From Bythopirellula sp. (GTDB lineage Bacteria > Planctomycetota > Planctomycetia > Pirellulales > Lacipirellulaceae), in assembly GCA_965216565.1 (NCBI GenBank), contig OZ244170.1, positions 3,104,001 through 3,168,000 on the forward strand: a stretch of DNA of 64,000 bases, read 5' to 3'. Under the pieces are notes generated by a model. That model saw only the letters and a program-made list of their open reading frames with translations, did no database searches and was not told the DNA's origin. A program made the translations under genes and the position numbers. Within the stretch, counting starts at the first letter, position 1; each line of letters starts with the position of its first letter. Of the stretch, positions 48,260-57,564 are shown piece by piece.

Positions 48260-49345
48260 CTATTCTAGGGCCGCAATGGAGCAATCTGCATTGACCGGCT
48301 GGCGGTGATTGCTCGACGAGTAAATGGCATCGACAATCGCCTGCACCTCACACCCTTGTTTGACGTCAGCTTGCCGAACACTGCGAGTTTCGACACTGCG
48401 TGCGAAATCTTGCATTTGCTCCAGGAAGAAATCATTTTGTTCAACTGGCGTTCTGCCATCGACAAGACTTCCCTCTTGTTCCAAGGAATGATTTACTTCG
48501 TCGCCAAATAATTCAAACGACAATCCACCTTGGGTCCCGGTAAAGCTCATCAACGAAGTTGGCAATTGTTTAGAGTAATTCCCCGCCCACGCCACGTGCA
48601 GATCTAGAACGGCACCATTGTTAAAGCGAACCAAAGCTTGTGCTGCATCCTCAACATTGAATGTTCCCGACAAGTTAGGAGGACCGGCCCACATTTCGTC
48701 GAAGTGATAGTCCCCCATGCGCACACCAAAGTTGGCAAACGTTTGTCCCAACACTTGGTCGACCTCCGGGAATCCCATCAAATGCATCGCCAAGTCGATC
48801 AGATGCACCCCCACATCAATCAAGACTCCGCCGCCGGAATACTCTCTGTCTGTGAACCAATGTCCCAACCCAGGAATACCGCGACGCAGGTAGAGCATGG
48901 CCTGAGCATGATAGATTTCGCCCAACTTGTTACCGGTTGCGAGTTGCTTGGCAACTTTGGCGACCGCGGTGTAACGATGCACATACCCAACTTGTAGGAT
49001 CTGCCCTGTTGTTTCAACAACACGAGATAGCTCTAGACATTCCTTATGCGTGAGTGCCATGGGCTTCTCTAGGAGTACATCCTTACCTGCTTCAAGTGCG
49101 GTGTTCGCCAACGGCAAATGAAGATAATTGGGGACGGCAATCACCACCGCATTTGTTGCAGAATCTTGCCACAGATCCTCGGGACTGTCCGATGACTCTG
49201 CCCCGCAGGTACCGGCGAGTTCACGTGCAGAATCTAACTGCCGATCAACAATCCAAGCGACTTCCACGCCCGCTTCCAGCGCAGCTTCCACATGCTTCTT
49301 GCCGATTGTCCCTGCGCCGATAATTCCCAGTCTCATACCAAGCAA
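48260..49345 (-). CDS. Gfo/Idh/MocA family oxidoreductase
   Basis: GAGTIG, LLEKPMA, GGGVLIDVGVH. Confidence 0.92.
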   Translation of the reverse strand: MLGMRLGIIGAGTIGKKHVEAALEAGVEVAWIVDRQLDSARELAGTCGAESSDSPEDLWQDSATNAVVIAVPNYLHLPLANTALEAGKDVLLEKPMALTHKECLELSRVVETTGQILQVGYVHRYTAVAKVAKQLATGNKLGEIYHAQAMLYLRRGIPGLGHWFTDREYSGGGVLIDVGVHLIDLAMHLMGFPEVDQVLGQTFANFGVRMGDYHFDEMWAGPPNLSGTFNVEDAAQALVRFNNGAVLDLHVAWAGNYSKQLPTSLMSFTGTQGGLSFELFGDEVNHSLEQEGSLVDGRTPVEQNDFFLEQMQDFARSVETRSVRQADVKQGCEVQAIVDAIYSSSNHRQPVNADCSIAALE

Positions 49346-49389
49346 CTTTCTGCGTTCAAATACACCTAGTTACGTGTGCTCGAGCTATT

Positions 49390-50328
49390 CTACGAGTGCG
49401 ATTTTTTCGTCTGACGTACAGAATCTTGCTGCAACTGCCGCGAATGCCAATGCGGTGGTGAAACAGCACCTTTGGTAACAGCCTTCACGTCGATCTCTGC
49501 GAACTTACCGCGAGCTATGTCACTTTCCGCAAGGTCAAGCAAGTGCCTGACTGCCAATGTCTCGTTGCGATCAATCAGTGCCTTTCCGGCATCGAAGAAA
49601 TCGAGGATGCTTGCCGCAGCATCAACAAACAATTGGCCGGTTTCCACTTCCACGTGTTGGCAGCCATTGTTTGCCAAGAGTGTCGCACTGAATGGCACAT
49701 CCGAAACCTGGCTAAAGTTGACGACCGCCGTCCTCCCTTCCGGATATCGAAGTACATATTGGTGCAAATCAGCCGTGCCCAATCGGCACATGCCAGTAAC
49801 ATCGGCACCCATACAGCTAATAGCCAATTCAAACGGATGGATTCCGTACTCCTCAAACGACGTTCCAGAAGCATAGACGCTGATGCTCTGCAGCTGAGAA
49901 TCAAGCTCGCCGACCCGCTGCTGTATATTGGTGGAGCGCAACGCCGAGGTCGATTGGATAGCCACCGAATATCGATCTGCCAAGTCGAATATCTTCTGGG
50001 CTGTTGATAAATCGGGAGCAAACGTTTTGTCTACGAAAGTTGGTTTGCCGAGTGGGAATGCCGACTCGCACATCTCTAAATGCCTCTCTGGATTCGAGGG
50101 TGCGAGGATCATCAGATAGTCTGAGACTTCGCTCAGTGCCTCGAAAGATTCAAAGTAGGGCAACTCCTTGCACTCACACCAATCGCGACTAGCATCTTCG
50201 ATTAACGCCGCAGCCCCAACAATCTGATAACCACGATCAGCCAACGGTCCGCGCAGTGCATCCAAGTAAACATTCGCATGGAAGTTGTCCAACCGGTAGT
50301 CGAAGATGCCGATTCTTTTGTTGCCCAT
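49390..50328 (-). CDS. Gfo/Idh/MocA-like oxidoreductase (DK variant)
   Basis: LDNFHA, GKPTFVDKTFA, STSALR, YGIH. Confidence 0.75.
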   Translation of the reverse strand: MGNKRIGIFDYRLDNFHANVYLDALRGPLADRGYQIVGAAALIEDASRDWCECKELPYFESFEALSEVSDYLMILAPSNPERHLEMCESAFPLGKPTFVDKTFAPDLSTAQKIFDLADRYSVAIQSTSALRSTNIQQRVGELDSQLQSISVYASGTSFEEYGIHPFELAISCMGADVTGMCRLGTADLHQYVLRYPEGRTAVVNFSQVSDVPFSATLLANNGCQHVEVETGQLFVDAAASILDFFDAGKALIDRNETLAVRHLLDLAESDIARGKFAEIDVKAVTKGAVSPPHWHSRQLQQDSVRQTKKSHS

Positions 50329-50331
50329 TCC

Positions 50332-51441
50332 TTAGCTCCGAATCGTATGTTCTGTACCGAGTGGACTTGTCATAAATCCGGCGCAGTCTGCACTCTTGCA
50401 GCCCGTTGTTTCAGGGCTAGTGATAGGCAAACGGTTTGCGTGGCGAACAGCCAACCAGGCAAAACACTCGGCAGCCATGGTTTTGGGATTCAGTCCTCGC
50501 TCTGTGACGTTCACAACTTGGTCGAAGTGATCTCCCAGCATGCGACAAATCACAGGATTCTCGCTGCCAGGCCCCGTAATCCAAACCTTGTTGGGCAAGG
50601 CCGGAAGCTGGTTGGCAGCTTGCATAAACGCGGATACCGTAATCGCACACAAGGTTGCGGCACCATCCTCCGCACTCATTCCTGCGATGTCGATATGATC
50701 GAATTGATGGAGGTCCGCAGCCTTCGGCAGCGATCTCTGAAAAAAGGGTGCCTGCAGCACTTCTCTCACCAAAGCCTCATCGGGCGTTCCCTGGGAGGAA
50801 ATCTCGCCGTCGAGGTCATGCGGAACCGTGGCAATTTCCTGAACCCACTCATTTAGCAAGCCAACACCAGGTCCCGTATCGCCAGCGATAATTTCATTTT
50901 CCTTGCTAAGCCAAGTCACACTCGCAACCGAATCAAGATTCAACATCAAGGCCGGCCTCGGTTCATTAGCCATCAATGCCCAATGAAATAGTCCGGAAAG
51001 CGGTGCACCTTCCCCGCCCACTGCCATGTCGTGACGTCGAAAATCACTCACCACCGGCAGCCCCACCTTTTCCGCTAAAAACCAAGGGTTGCCGAGTTCG
51101 TAGGTGAGCTTTTCCCCAGGCATGTGTCGCAAGACATGGCCTGCGAAGCCAACCAAGCTTGCGCTGGCCACTTCCTGGGGAAGGCTCTTCGCCAGCAGGT
51201 CGTACGCTTTCACGTGATGCTGGGTGAGCAAGTTTTCCAAGCGGAGAATTTCCGTCGTTGGCAAATCGTTTTGTGTTGCTTCGAGCACTCTCCACCGCAA
51301 CTCCTCTTCATAAGGCAGCGACAACCCTCCTAACGAACAAACTTCGTCTCGTCCGTCGGTATCGATGATCGCTGCTTCCACCCCATCACCAGAGGAGGAA
51401 CAGATCATGCCGATAGACCGAATTAAAGATGAGTCGGGCAC
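50332..51441 (-). CDS. anmK: Divergent anhydro-N-acetylmuramic acid kinase-like protein
   Basis: SDFRRHDMAVGGEGAPL, DTGPG, D.DG..S..G, PFF...PK, AECFAWLA, P.TTG; glycine-rich ATP loops altered. Confidence 0.78.
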   Translation of the reverse strand: MPDSSLIRSIGMICSSSGDGVEAAIIDTDGRDEVCSLGGLSLPYEEELRWRVLEATQNDLPTTEILRLENLLTQHHVKAYDLLAKSLPQEVASASLVGFAGHVLRHMPGEKLTYELGNPWFLAEKVGLPVVSDFRRHDMAVGGEGAPLSGLFHWALMANEPRPALMLNLDSVASVTWLSKENEIIAGDTGPGVGLLNEWVQEIATVPHDLDGEISSQGTPDEALVREVLQAPFFQRSLPKAADLHQFDHIDIAGMSAEDGAATLCAITVSAFMQAANQLPALPNKVWITGPGSENPVICRMLGDHFDQVVNVTERGLNPKTMAAECFAWLAVRHANRLPITSPETTGCKSADCAGFMTSPLGTEHTIRS

Positions 51442-51484
51442 TCGAGTTCCTTAAATAAGGCATCCAGGATGCTTCTAGACTGGC

Positions 51485-51548
51485 AGTCTAACAGTTGAGA
51501 ATTGACGCCACCTGACGATAAGCGCAATTTTTTCCACAATTTGCGAAC
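51485..51548 (-). promoter_or_regulatory. Putative XylR-type activator site plus -10 (TAGACT) for the anmK operon
   Basis: GTTCGCAAATTGTGGAAAAAATTGCGC (51548-51522) is 21/27 identical to 53014-53040; 31 nt to TAGACT. Confidence 0.65.
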
Positions 51549-51623
51549 GCCATGTTAAAGTAGCACTATCCTCAGCATTTCGAAAGTCTCTTGCATCTCT
51601 CCGAACTCTTGTGGCGTTAACGC

Positions 51624-52826
51624 ATGATCTCTCAGGACAATAGCCGTCCACTGGAAATCGCTGTTCTCGTCGAAACCGACAACAGTTGGGGTCGTAGCGT
51701 GGTGCAAGGAGTTGCAGACTTCGCGTCGAAATTTGGCCCTTGGAATTTACTAGTCGATCCACGCGACTATAGCAAAAGGTGGTCGGTTCCCGATCGGTGG
51801 CGAGGCGATGGGATCATTGCTCGCATCAGCACGCCTTTGCAACTGGCAGAAATCAAGAACACCAAGCTCCCCACCGTCAATGTCGACGACATCTACGACG
51901 ATCTCAAGCAGATCGGACATGTCAGAACAGACGAAACGGCCCGTGCCAAGCTGGCAGTGGCCCATTTCCGGGAACGCGGGCTGCAAACATTTGCTTATTA
52001 TGCTCCACCGAGTAACGACTACTCCAAGAGTCGCGGCGAAGCCTTCGTCCAAGCATTAGCCAAAGAGAACTTTGCTTGCCACATTTACCAACCCGGTTAT
52101 CGAGTCAGTCGACGCATTGATCGCGACGAGCTCCATAATCGCGTCCTGCGATGGCTCAATCAACTTCCTCGTCCAGTAGCCATTCTTGCGGTCGATGCGC
52201 GGCGAGGTCGCGAACTGGCAGAAGTATGTAGCATGGAAGGCATTGCCGTCCCAGACGAAGTGGCAATTCTCGTGGGAGATACCGACGACTTACTTTGCGA
52301 ACTCAGTACGCCTCAGCTCTCGAGCATCCTCGTAGCGAGTCAAAAAATTGGCTACGAAGCAGCAGCCACCCTATTCCGAATGATCAAGGGCGATACCTGG
52401 TCAAGCGCTCCGCAGCTTATCCCTCCAATAGGCGTTGTGGGAAATCAATCTACCGACGCATTGGCCATCGACGATCCGATGATTATTAAAGCCATGCGAT
52501 TTATTCAAACTCATGCCCTTCAAGGAATCATCGTAGAAGATATTTTGCAGGAGGTTCCCGTTTCGCGGCGATATCTCGAGCTTCAGTTCAAGAAGTACTT
52601 CGGACGCCTGCCCGCCGAGGCAATTCGTCAGCTCCGTTTAGAGCGGGGCAAAGAGCTGCTCACTCAGTCCGAACATTCCATCGATGCCATAGCTTCGATG
52701 TGTGGCTATGCCGGCGCCACTCAATTTGGAGTCGCGTTCCGCAAACGCTATGGCGAAACCCCGCTTGCCTTTCGAAAACACCTTACCTCGAGCGAGGCTA
52801 GCAGCACCCGTGCGTCGAATCGCTGA
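51624..52826 (+). CDS. XylR-family regulator (LacI-like sensor + AraC HTH)
   Basis: GDGIIAR, LPRPVAI, VPDEVAI, LSSI, SRRYLE..F, C-terminal AraC CGY...F..AF....GETP. Confidence 0.92.
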   Translation: MISQDNSRPLEIAVLVETDNSWGRSVVQGVADFASKFGPWNLLVDPRDYSKRWSVPDRWRGDGIIARISTPLQLAEIKNTKLPTVNVDDIYDDLKQIGHVRTDETARAKLAVAHFRERGLQTFAYYAPPSNDYSKSRGEAFVQALAKENFACHIYQPGYRVSRRIDRDELHNRVLRWLNQLPRPVAILAVDARRGRELAEVCSMEGIAVPDEVAILVGDTDDLLCELSTPQLSSILVASQKIGYEAAATLFRMIKGDTWSSAPQLIPPIGVVGNQSTDALAIDDPMIIKAMRFIQTHALQGIIVEDILQEVPVSRRYLELQFKKYFGRLPAEAIRQLRLERGKELLTQSEHSIDAIASMCGYAGATQFGVAFRKRYGETPLAFRKHLTSSEASSTRASNR

Positions 52827-53013
52827 CAGATGGCAATTTTTGAATTTCGACAATCGAAGGTTAGGTATTGAGAAGTTGAGGTACGGAACCGTCGCCACTG
52901 GCAATTGCTCTAAATCAAATCTCTTCAGCGGCTTAGCGATTCGAAATGGGTGAGAGAGGCCTTGAAGCCTGCACTGGCAAGCTTAAATCGAGCGGCTCGC
53001 CCTGAATCGAGCT

Positions 53014-53077
53014 GTGCGCATCTAGTGGAAATAATTACGCAGATTCGCTTTGAGCTCTTCCACCAAGCGGCTAGCAT
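53014..53077 (+). promoter_or_regulatory. Putative XylR-type activator site plus -10 (TAGCAT) for the PEP-CTERM/DUF1559 operon
   Basis: GTGCGCATCTAGTGGAAATAATTACGC; 31 nt to TAGCAT; TTGAGC 16 nt upstream of the -10. Confidence 0.65.
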
Positions 53078-53166
53078 AATGGGTAATCACGGAACAGGAT
53101 CGAGTCGCGCAGCTTACAGCTTTTCTTACAAATCTCTTGGTCACTGAATCTTTGTGGAGCGAACTA

Positions 53167-54288
53167 ATGAAGATGACACTTACTCGATGCACGTCAGCAG
53201 TTCTGGCTACTTGCGTAATGGTTCTGGGATTCTCTATTTCTCAATCCCAAGCCATTGAATTGAAGGAAATTGTTCGGTTCGATGTTGATGGTGGTGCCGA
53301 CCCAAACAATGCCGGCTTTTACGGGTCGAATCCTTCCGCTGTTGCCTGGAGTGGCAACAAGCTCTACGTCGCAGGCTTCAATGGTGCGACTGCCCCCAGT
53401 GTGGGCATTACGGAGATCACTAATATCGGTGCCACTGGTTTGGTATCAGGCACACTCGGCACAAGCTTTGCCAATTTCGGAGCCCCTGGCTCGCGCGGTT
53501 ACTCTGGTTTAGATATCCTGGACGACGGTTCACTGTTGTCTGCAGCCTACGACGATGGCGCGGCAGATCCGAACGGAATTTCTGCCTACAACACCGCGGG
53601 CAACTCCAAGGTGTGGTCCAAGAGTGCTCGTGCTGGTAGCGGAGTCGGCTTCGATCCTGGCTTTAACGGCGATCCAAATGGCGCAGGCACTGGTTGGACA
53701 ACTTTTGGTAGCGGTCGTCGCGCACTGCAAGATAATGGAACCGGTGCAGACATCTTCACTACCGGCAATGGGATGATTATCAATGGTGCCGGTACAGGAA
53801 CGTTTTGGCGAGACATGGAATTCGAGTCCAACGGCGACATTTGGCTTCGCGAGGGCAATAACGTCATCACTGCCACTCGAACCGGCAACAACAGCGTCAA
53901 TACTGCGACACTTGTTGTCGATGAACCGGAAGCCGATTTCACCAACATTCAGAATATTGCTTATATGGAAGGCGCCCTCGGCGGCGACTTTGTGATCTAC
54001 AACGACCGAACTGGCTCTGGCCCAGGCCAGGTCTTTACCGACGTTATCAAGGCGATTCAACCCGATGGCACGCCTGAGCCAATTGCATTGAATCTATTGG
54101 CTCCAGTCGGCACCGGTGCGGGAGCTTACGACTTTAGTTGGTCGAACAATGCCAGCACGCTGGCCATTGTCGACTTTTCGAATCGTAACGTTCACATTTT
54201 TGAAGTTGTGCCTGAACCTCACGCAGCCTTGCTGCTTATAGCGGGTACCACTGGACTAGTTTCGCTGGGCCGCCGTCGGCGCTCTTAG
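53167..54288 (+). CDS. PEP-CTERM protein, beta-propeller-like
   Basis: GGAG RBS; signal peptide; VPEP-TM-RRRR; paralog of the next gene. Confidence 0.88.
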   Translation: MKMTLTRCTSAVLATCVMVLGFSISQSQAIELKEIVRFDVDGGADPNNAGFYGSNPSAVAWSGNKLYVAGFNGATAPSVGITEITNIGATGLVSGTLGTSFANFGAPGSRGYSGLDILDDGSLLSAAYDDGAADPNGISAYNTAGNSKVWSKSARAGSGVGFDPGFNGDPNGAGTGWTTFGSGRRALQDNGTGADIFTTGNGMIINGAGTGTFWRDMEFESNGDIWLREGNNVITATRTGNNSVNTATLVVDEPEADFTNIQNIAYMEGALGGDFVIYNDRTGSGPGQVFTDVIKAIQPDGTPEPIALNLLAPVGTGAGAYDFSWSNNASTLAIVDFSNRNVHIFEVVPEPHAALLLIAGTTGLVSLGRRRRS

Positions 54289-54322
54289 CAAAACTTACAG
54301 TTCAGAAAGGACAAGACACTTA

Positions 54323-54359
54323 AGGGCCACCGTCGGAGATTCCGTAGGTGGCCCTCTTT
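54323..54359 (+). terminator. Stem-loop, possible terminator or mRNA-stabilising hairpin
   Basis: AGGGCCACC/GGTGGCCCT stem followed by CTTT. Confidence 0.6.
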
Positions 54360-54387
54360 ACTCAGTACTCAGAGAAAGAGATTCGCA

Positions 54388-55830
54388 ATGAGAAAATCAT
54401 CAACGACTAGAAATAGAGGCAGGGCGATCGCACGATCCACAATTGCCATCCTGTTGGCGACGCTATTTGCTGCTTCCGAGACCCTGGCGGTCAATTTTGT
54501 AGAAGTCTCTCGATTCAATATCGATGATACTGCTACCGACCCAAATGCTCCCGATCCGCACGATATTGGTAGCAATCCAATCGCAGTGGCCTGGAGTGGA
54601 AGCCAACTCTACGTGGCGGGCTTCAATAACTCGGGATCAGCGGCAAGTGTTGCCGTTGTCGAAGTGCTAAACGCAACCACTACCGGTGTTGTCGGAGACC
54701 CCAACTTTAGTTCTCCTCTAGGAGGCACCGTCGGCACATTTGACAGCAGCGTGATCCAGTCGACTCCCAATTCTCGAGGTTACACAGGGCTAGACATTAG
54801 TGCAGACGGAAGCTCTCTGCTGGCGACTTTCGATTTTGGTGTGGCAGATCCCCAAGCCTTGCAAGTGTTCAATACTTCCGATGGTTCGCAGCGTTGGCGA
54901 GTGGGTGTGGACCTTACCGATCCCGCCAATTTCCGTGGCATCAGCGGCGGCTCTTTCGACCCCGACTTCAATGGAGCTGGAGGCGCTAGTTCTGGTACCG
55001 CGGTCGGACAACTTGGTTCGGGACGTCGGCATCTATACAACACGACAACCGGAGCTGAGATTCATGGTGGCAGTGGTAGTGCCGATCCTGGATTTATCTG
55101 GGTTCCCGCCGGCGGTCCAACGATAACTCGCGATATGGACTTCGATCCAGATACGGGCGACGTGTACGTGCGTCACAACAATCGAGTAAGTACAACCGAA
55201 CGAACCGGTGCAAACACCTCGACCAACCAAAAACAGATCTTCGATCCTAACGGAGGCGATTTTGTCCTCGGCCAGAATATTAGTTTTCTAAGCAACACTA
55301 CCGATGGCGACCTGTTGATTTTCAACAATCGCGATAATGCTGGCCCCGGTCAAACATTCGTCGATTCAATCCTTGTGACAGACCCCAATGGCGTTTCTGT
55401 CTCAAGCACATTTGCTTTTCAGTCTGGGTTCACCCCGGCTGATGGCTCGGCTCTGTATGATTTCGACTTTGATCCCGTGAGCCAAACTCTAGCCGTCCTA
55501 GACTTTACCAATCGCAACGTTCACATCTTCGAAGTTGGGACCGCTTTGCCGGATGACGCAGACTTCGACGACGATGGAGTTGTTACCGGCTTGGATTTCT
55601 TGATCTGGCAGGCGAATCAACCCAACACTAGCGGCACTGCTACGAATGCTGAGGGGGATGCAACGGGCGACGGAAATGTCGGCAGCGCTGACTTGGCTGC
55701 GTGGGAAGCGCAATATGGTGCAGCCCCTCCGCTATCGGGTAGCATCGGAGCTGTTCCCGAGCCTTCGACGATTTCCTTGTTGCTGTTGGGTACCATTTGT
55801 ACGTTTACTAGAAAGCGGCGCATGAGCTGA
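54388..55830 (+). CDS. PEP-CTERM protein, paralog of the upstream gene with an added dockerin-like segment
   Basis: Shared GSNP.AVAWSG..LYVAGFN, SRGY.GLDI, GSGRR, RDM.F and DF.NRNVHIFEV; DFDDDG.V.G.DFL.WQ; VPEP. Confidence 0.88.
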   Translation: MRKSSTTRNRGRAIARSTIAILLATLFAASETLAVNFVEVSRFNIDDTATDPNAPDPHDIGSNPIAVAWSGSQLYVAGFNNSGSAASVAVVEVLNATTTGVVGDPNFSSPLGGTVGTFDSSVIQSTPNSRGYTGLDISADGSSLLATFDFGVADPQALQVFNTSDGSQRWRVGVDLTDPANFRGISGGSFDPDFNGAGGASSGTAVGQLGSGRRHLYNTTTGAEIHGGSGSADPGFIWVPAGGPTITRDMDFDPDTGDVYVRHNNRVSTTERTGANTSTNQKQIFDPNGGDFVLGQNISFLSNTTDGDLLIFNNRDNAGPGQTFVDSILVTDPNGVSVSSTFAFQSGFTPADGSALYDFDFDPVSQTLAVLDFTNRNVHIFEVGTALPDDADFDDDGVVTGLDFLIWQANQPNTSGTATNAEGDATGDGNVGSADLAAWEAQYGAAPPLSGSIGAVPEPSTISLLLLGTICTFTRKRRMS

Positions 55831-55844
55831 GCTCAAGTCCGCTG

Positions 55845-55878
55845 CGGCAGTGCCCCGATGGGCAGCGAGGCACTGCCG
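55845..55878. other. Intergenic GC-rich hairpin
   Basis: CGGCAGTGCC/GGCACTGCCG perfect 10-bp stem, no U tract. Confidence 0.6.
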
Positions 55879-55970
55879 TGTATTGTTATCTGCTCAGAGA
55901 CATACTCGACCTCGATCGCCTGAGTTCCAGTCACTTCAGGCCAATGGAAACTCGAATAGGAGAGTTGACC

Positions 55971-56981
55971 GTGATTTCCGTCATTCGCAAACCACAAAAG
56001 AAGAATGGATTCACACTGGTCGAGTTGCTAGTCGTGATTGCGATTATTGGTGTGCTCGTTTCGCTACTGCTACCCGCAGTGCAGGCCGCTCGCGAAGCGG
56101 CGAGGCGGATCCAGTGCAGCAACAACCTCCGACAACAGGGACTGGGCATCCAGAACTATACCTCGTCCAACAAAGAGCTCCCACTTGGCTATGGTCGTAC
56201 GCTCGAGGCGGCGCAAGATCCCAAGCGGAACTTTGTGAAAGAGGGGCTATTCACAGACATCTTGCCCTTCATGGAACAAGGCAACGTTCACGATCAAATT
56301 CTATTCCAGTACTACAAGCCGGGGACCAGCGTGGCCTATCACGAGGACCCAGCGAAGAACACTGTAATTCCGTCCTACATTTGTCCGAATTGGCCCGATG
56401 AAAAGGTGATTACAGACGTTCCTCCTGGATTCGAATATCAGCTGGGGGCCGTGAACAACTATGCGGGCTCGGGGGGTGCCGCCCAAGGGGCCGGTGAAAC
56501 CTTAGTGCCATCGGCATTTGGGCCAGTCCCAGACAACGGTGCGTTTGCCATTGAACAGGTTCCGTTGACTGGCTCGGGGGGAATCCGAGGGACGCCGATG
56601 GCGGTGATTGGACGTGCGAGGAAACTGTCCGAAATAGTAGATGGACAAAGCAACTCGTTTGCCATTGGCGAATATGTGCACCGCAACTGTGAGTTCGGCA
56701 CACTTACCGAACCTGCCCCAGGCAATGTCCGTCCCTGGTACTTGTCTGGCTTTGGTGATGCCCCTTACGCGTTTAAGGTCTTAGAGAATTCGCCAAACAT
56801 TTGCGTGACGCGATCGGACATAGCATTCAATTACTTGCCGATGGGTAGCTTCCATCCAGGACTCGTGCAGTTTGCATTTGTCGATGGCAGCGTACACGTG
56901 ATTTCCGATGACATTGAGCTAGATGTTTATAAAGCCTTGGCAACAGTGAATGGTGAAGAGATTGTTGATCTCTCCTTCTGA
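55971..56981 (+). CDS. DUF1559 prepilin-type N-terminal cleavage/methylation protein
   Basis: GFTLVELLVVIAIIG..LLPAVQAAREAARR..C.NNL; H-X9-DG (HPGLVQFAFVDG); AGGAG RBS. Confidence 0.95.
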   Translation: MISVIRKPQKKNGFTLVELLVVIAIIGVLVSLLLPAVQAAREAARRIQCSNNLRQQGLGIQNYTSSNKELPLGYGRTLEAAQDPKRNFVKEGLFTDILPFMEQGNVHDQILFQYYKPGTSVAYHEDPAKNTVIPSYICPNWPDEKVITDVPPGFEYQLGAVNNYAGSGGAAQGAGETLVPSAFGPVPDNGAFAIEQVPLTGSGGIRGTPMAVIGRARKLSEIVDGQSNSFAIGEYVHRNCEFGTLTEPAPGNVRPWYLSGFGDAPYAFKVLENSPNICVTRSDIAFNYLPMGSFHPGLVQFAFVDGSVHVISDDIELDVYKALATVNGEEIVDLSF

Positions 56982-57063
56982 TCCAGTAGTTGCGATCGAA
57001 TCAAATATTCTTAGAAACAGCGACTAAGAATTCAGCTTCAAATCCTATATAATTGTAGGTGGC

Positions 57064-57564
57064 ATGAACGAGGATCTGTGGATGACAAAACCTGTTGCCG
57101 GCAATCACCCTAGGCATGGAATGCTAGGCTGTGGTGAAAACTACAGAGGCAAAGGCTTAGTACTCTGCTCGCTGCTCGGCTTGATGCTTCTCTGTGGCTG
57201 CGACAAAGGGCCCGTCGTGGTGCCAGTCACTGGCAAAGTTACTTATCAGGGAAAACCTCTGGAATTCGGCAGCGTGACTTTTCAGCCCCGTCAAGGTCAG
57301 CCGGCCAGGGGTGAGATTCAACCGGATGGCACTTTTTCACTTTCCTCGTACGCACCCGGCGACGGCGCGGTGATCGGAACTCACAAAGTAAGGATCGCCT
57401 GTTACACCTCGCAGAAGAAAACCGATCAACAACCTGTCGGCGAGCAATCGCTCGGCAAACTATTGATTCCAAGGAAATACACCCTGTTCGATTACAGTGG
57501 TCTCACTGCCGAGGTGAAAGCCGACGGCAACAATTCTTTCGAGTTTAACCTGACAGACGATTAA
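57064..57564 (+). CDS. Small lipoprotein (carboxypeptidase-regulatory-like fold), typical DUF1559 partner
   Basis: LCGC lipobox; V.GKVT..GKPL..G.V.F.P, DG.F.L, GA..G..KV.I, IP.KY. Confidence 0.85.
   Translation: MNEDLWMTKPVAGNHPRHGMLGCGENYRGKGLVLCSLLGLMLLCGCDKGPVVVPVTGKVTYQGKPLEFGSVTFQPRQGQPARGEIQPDGTFSLSSYAPGDGAVIGTHKVRIACYTSQKKTDQQPVGEQSLGKLLIPRKYTLFDYSGLTAEVKADGNNSFEFNLTDD

Noticed and set aside
42771..57046. tRNA-Pro as the integration site of an island; TTCAAATCCT recurs near 57037
   Set aside because: Only a 10-bp match, inside the operon, and no integrase is visible.
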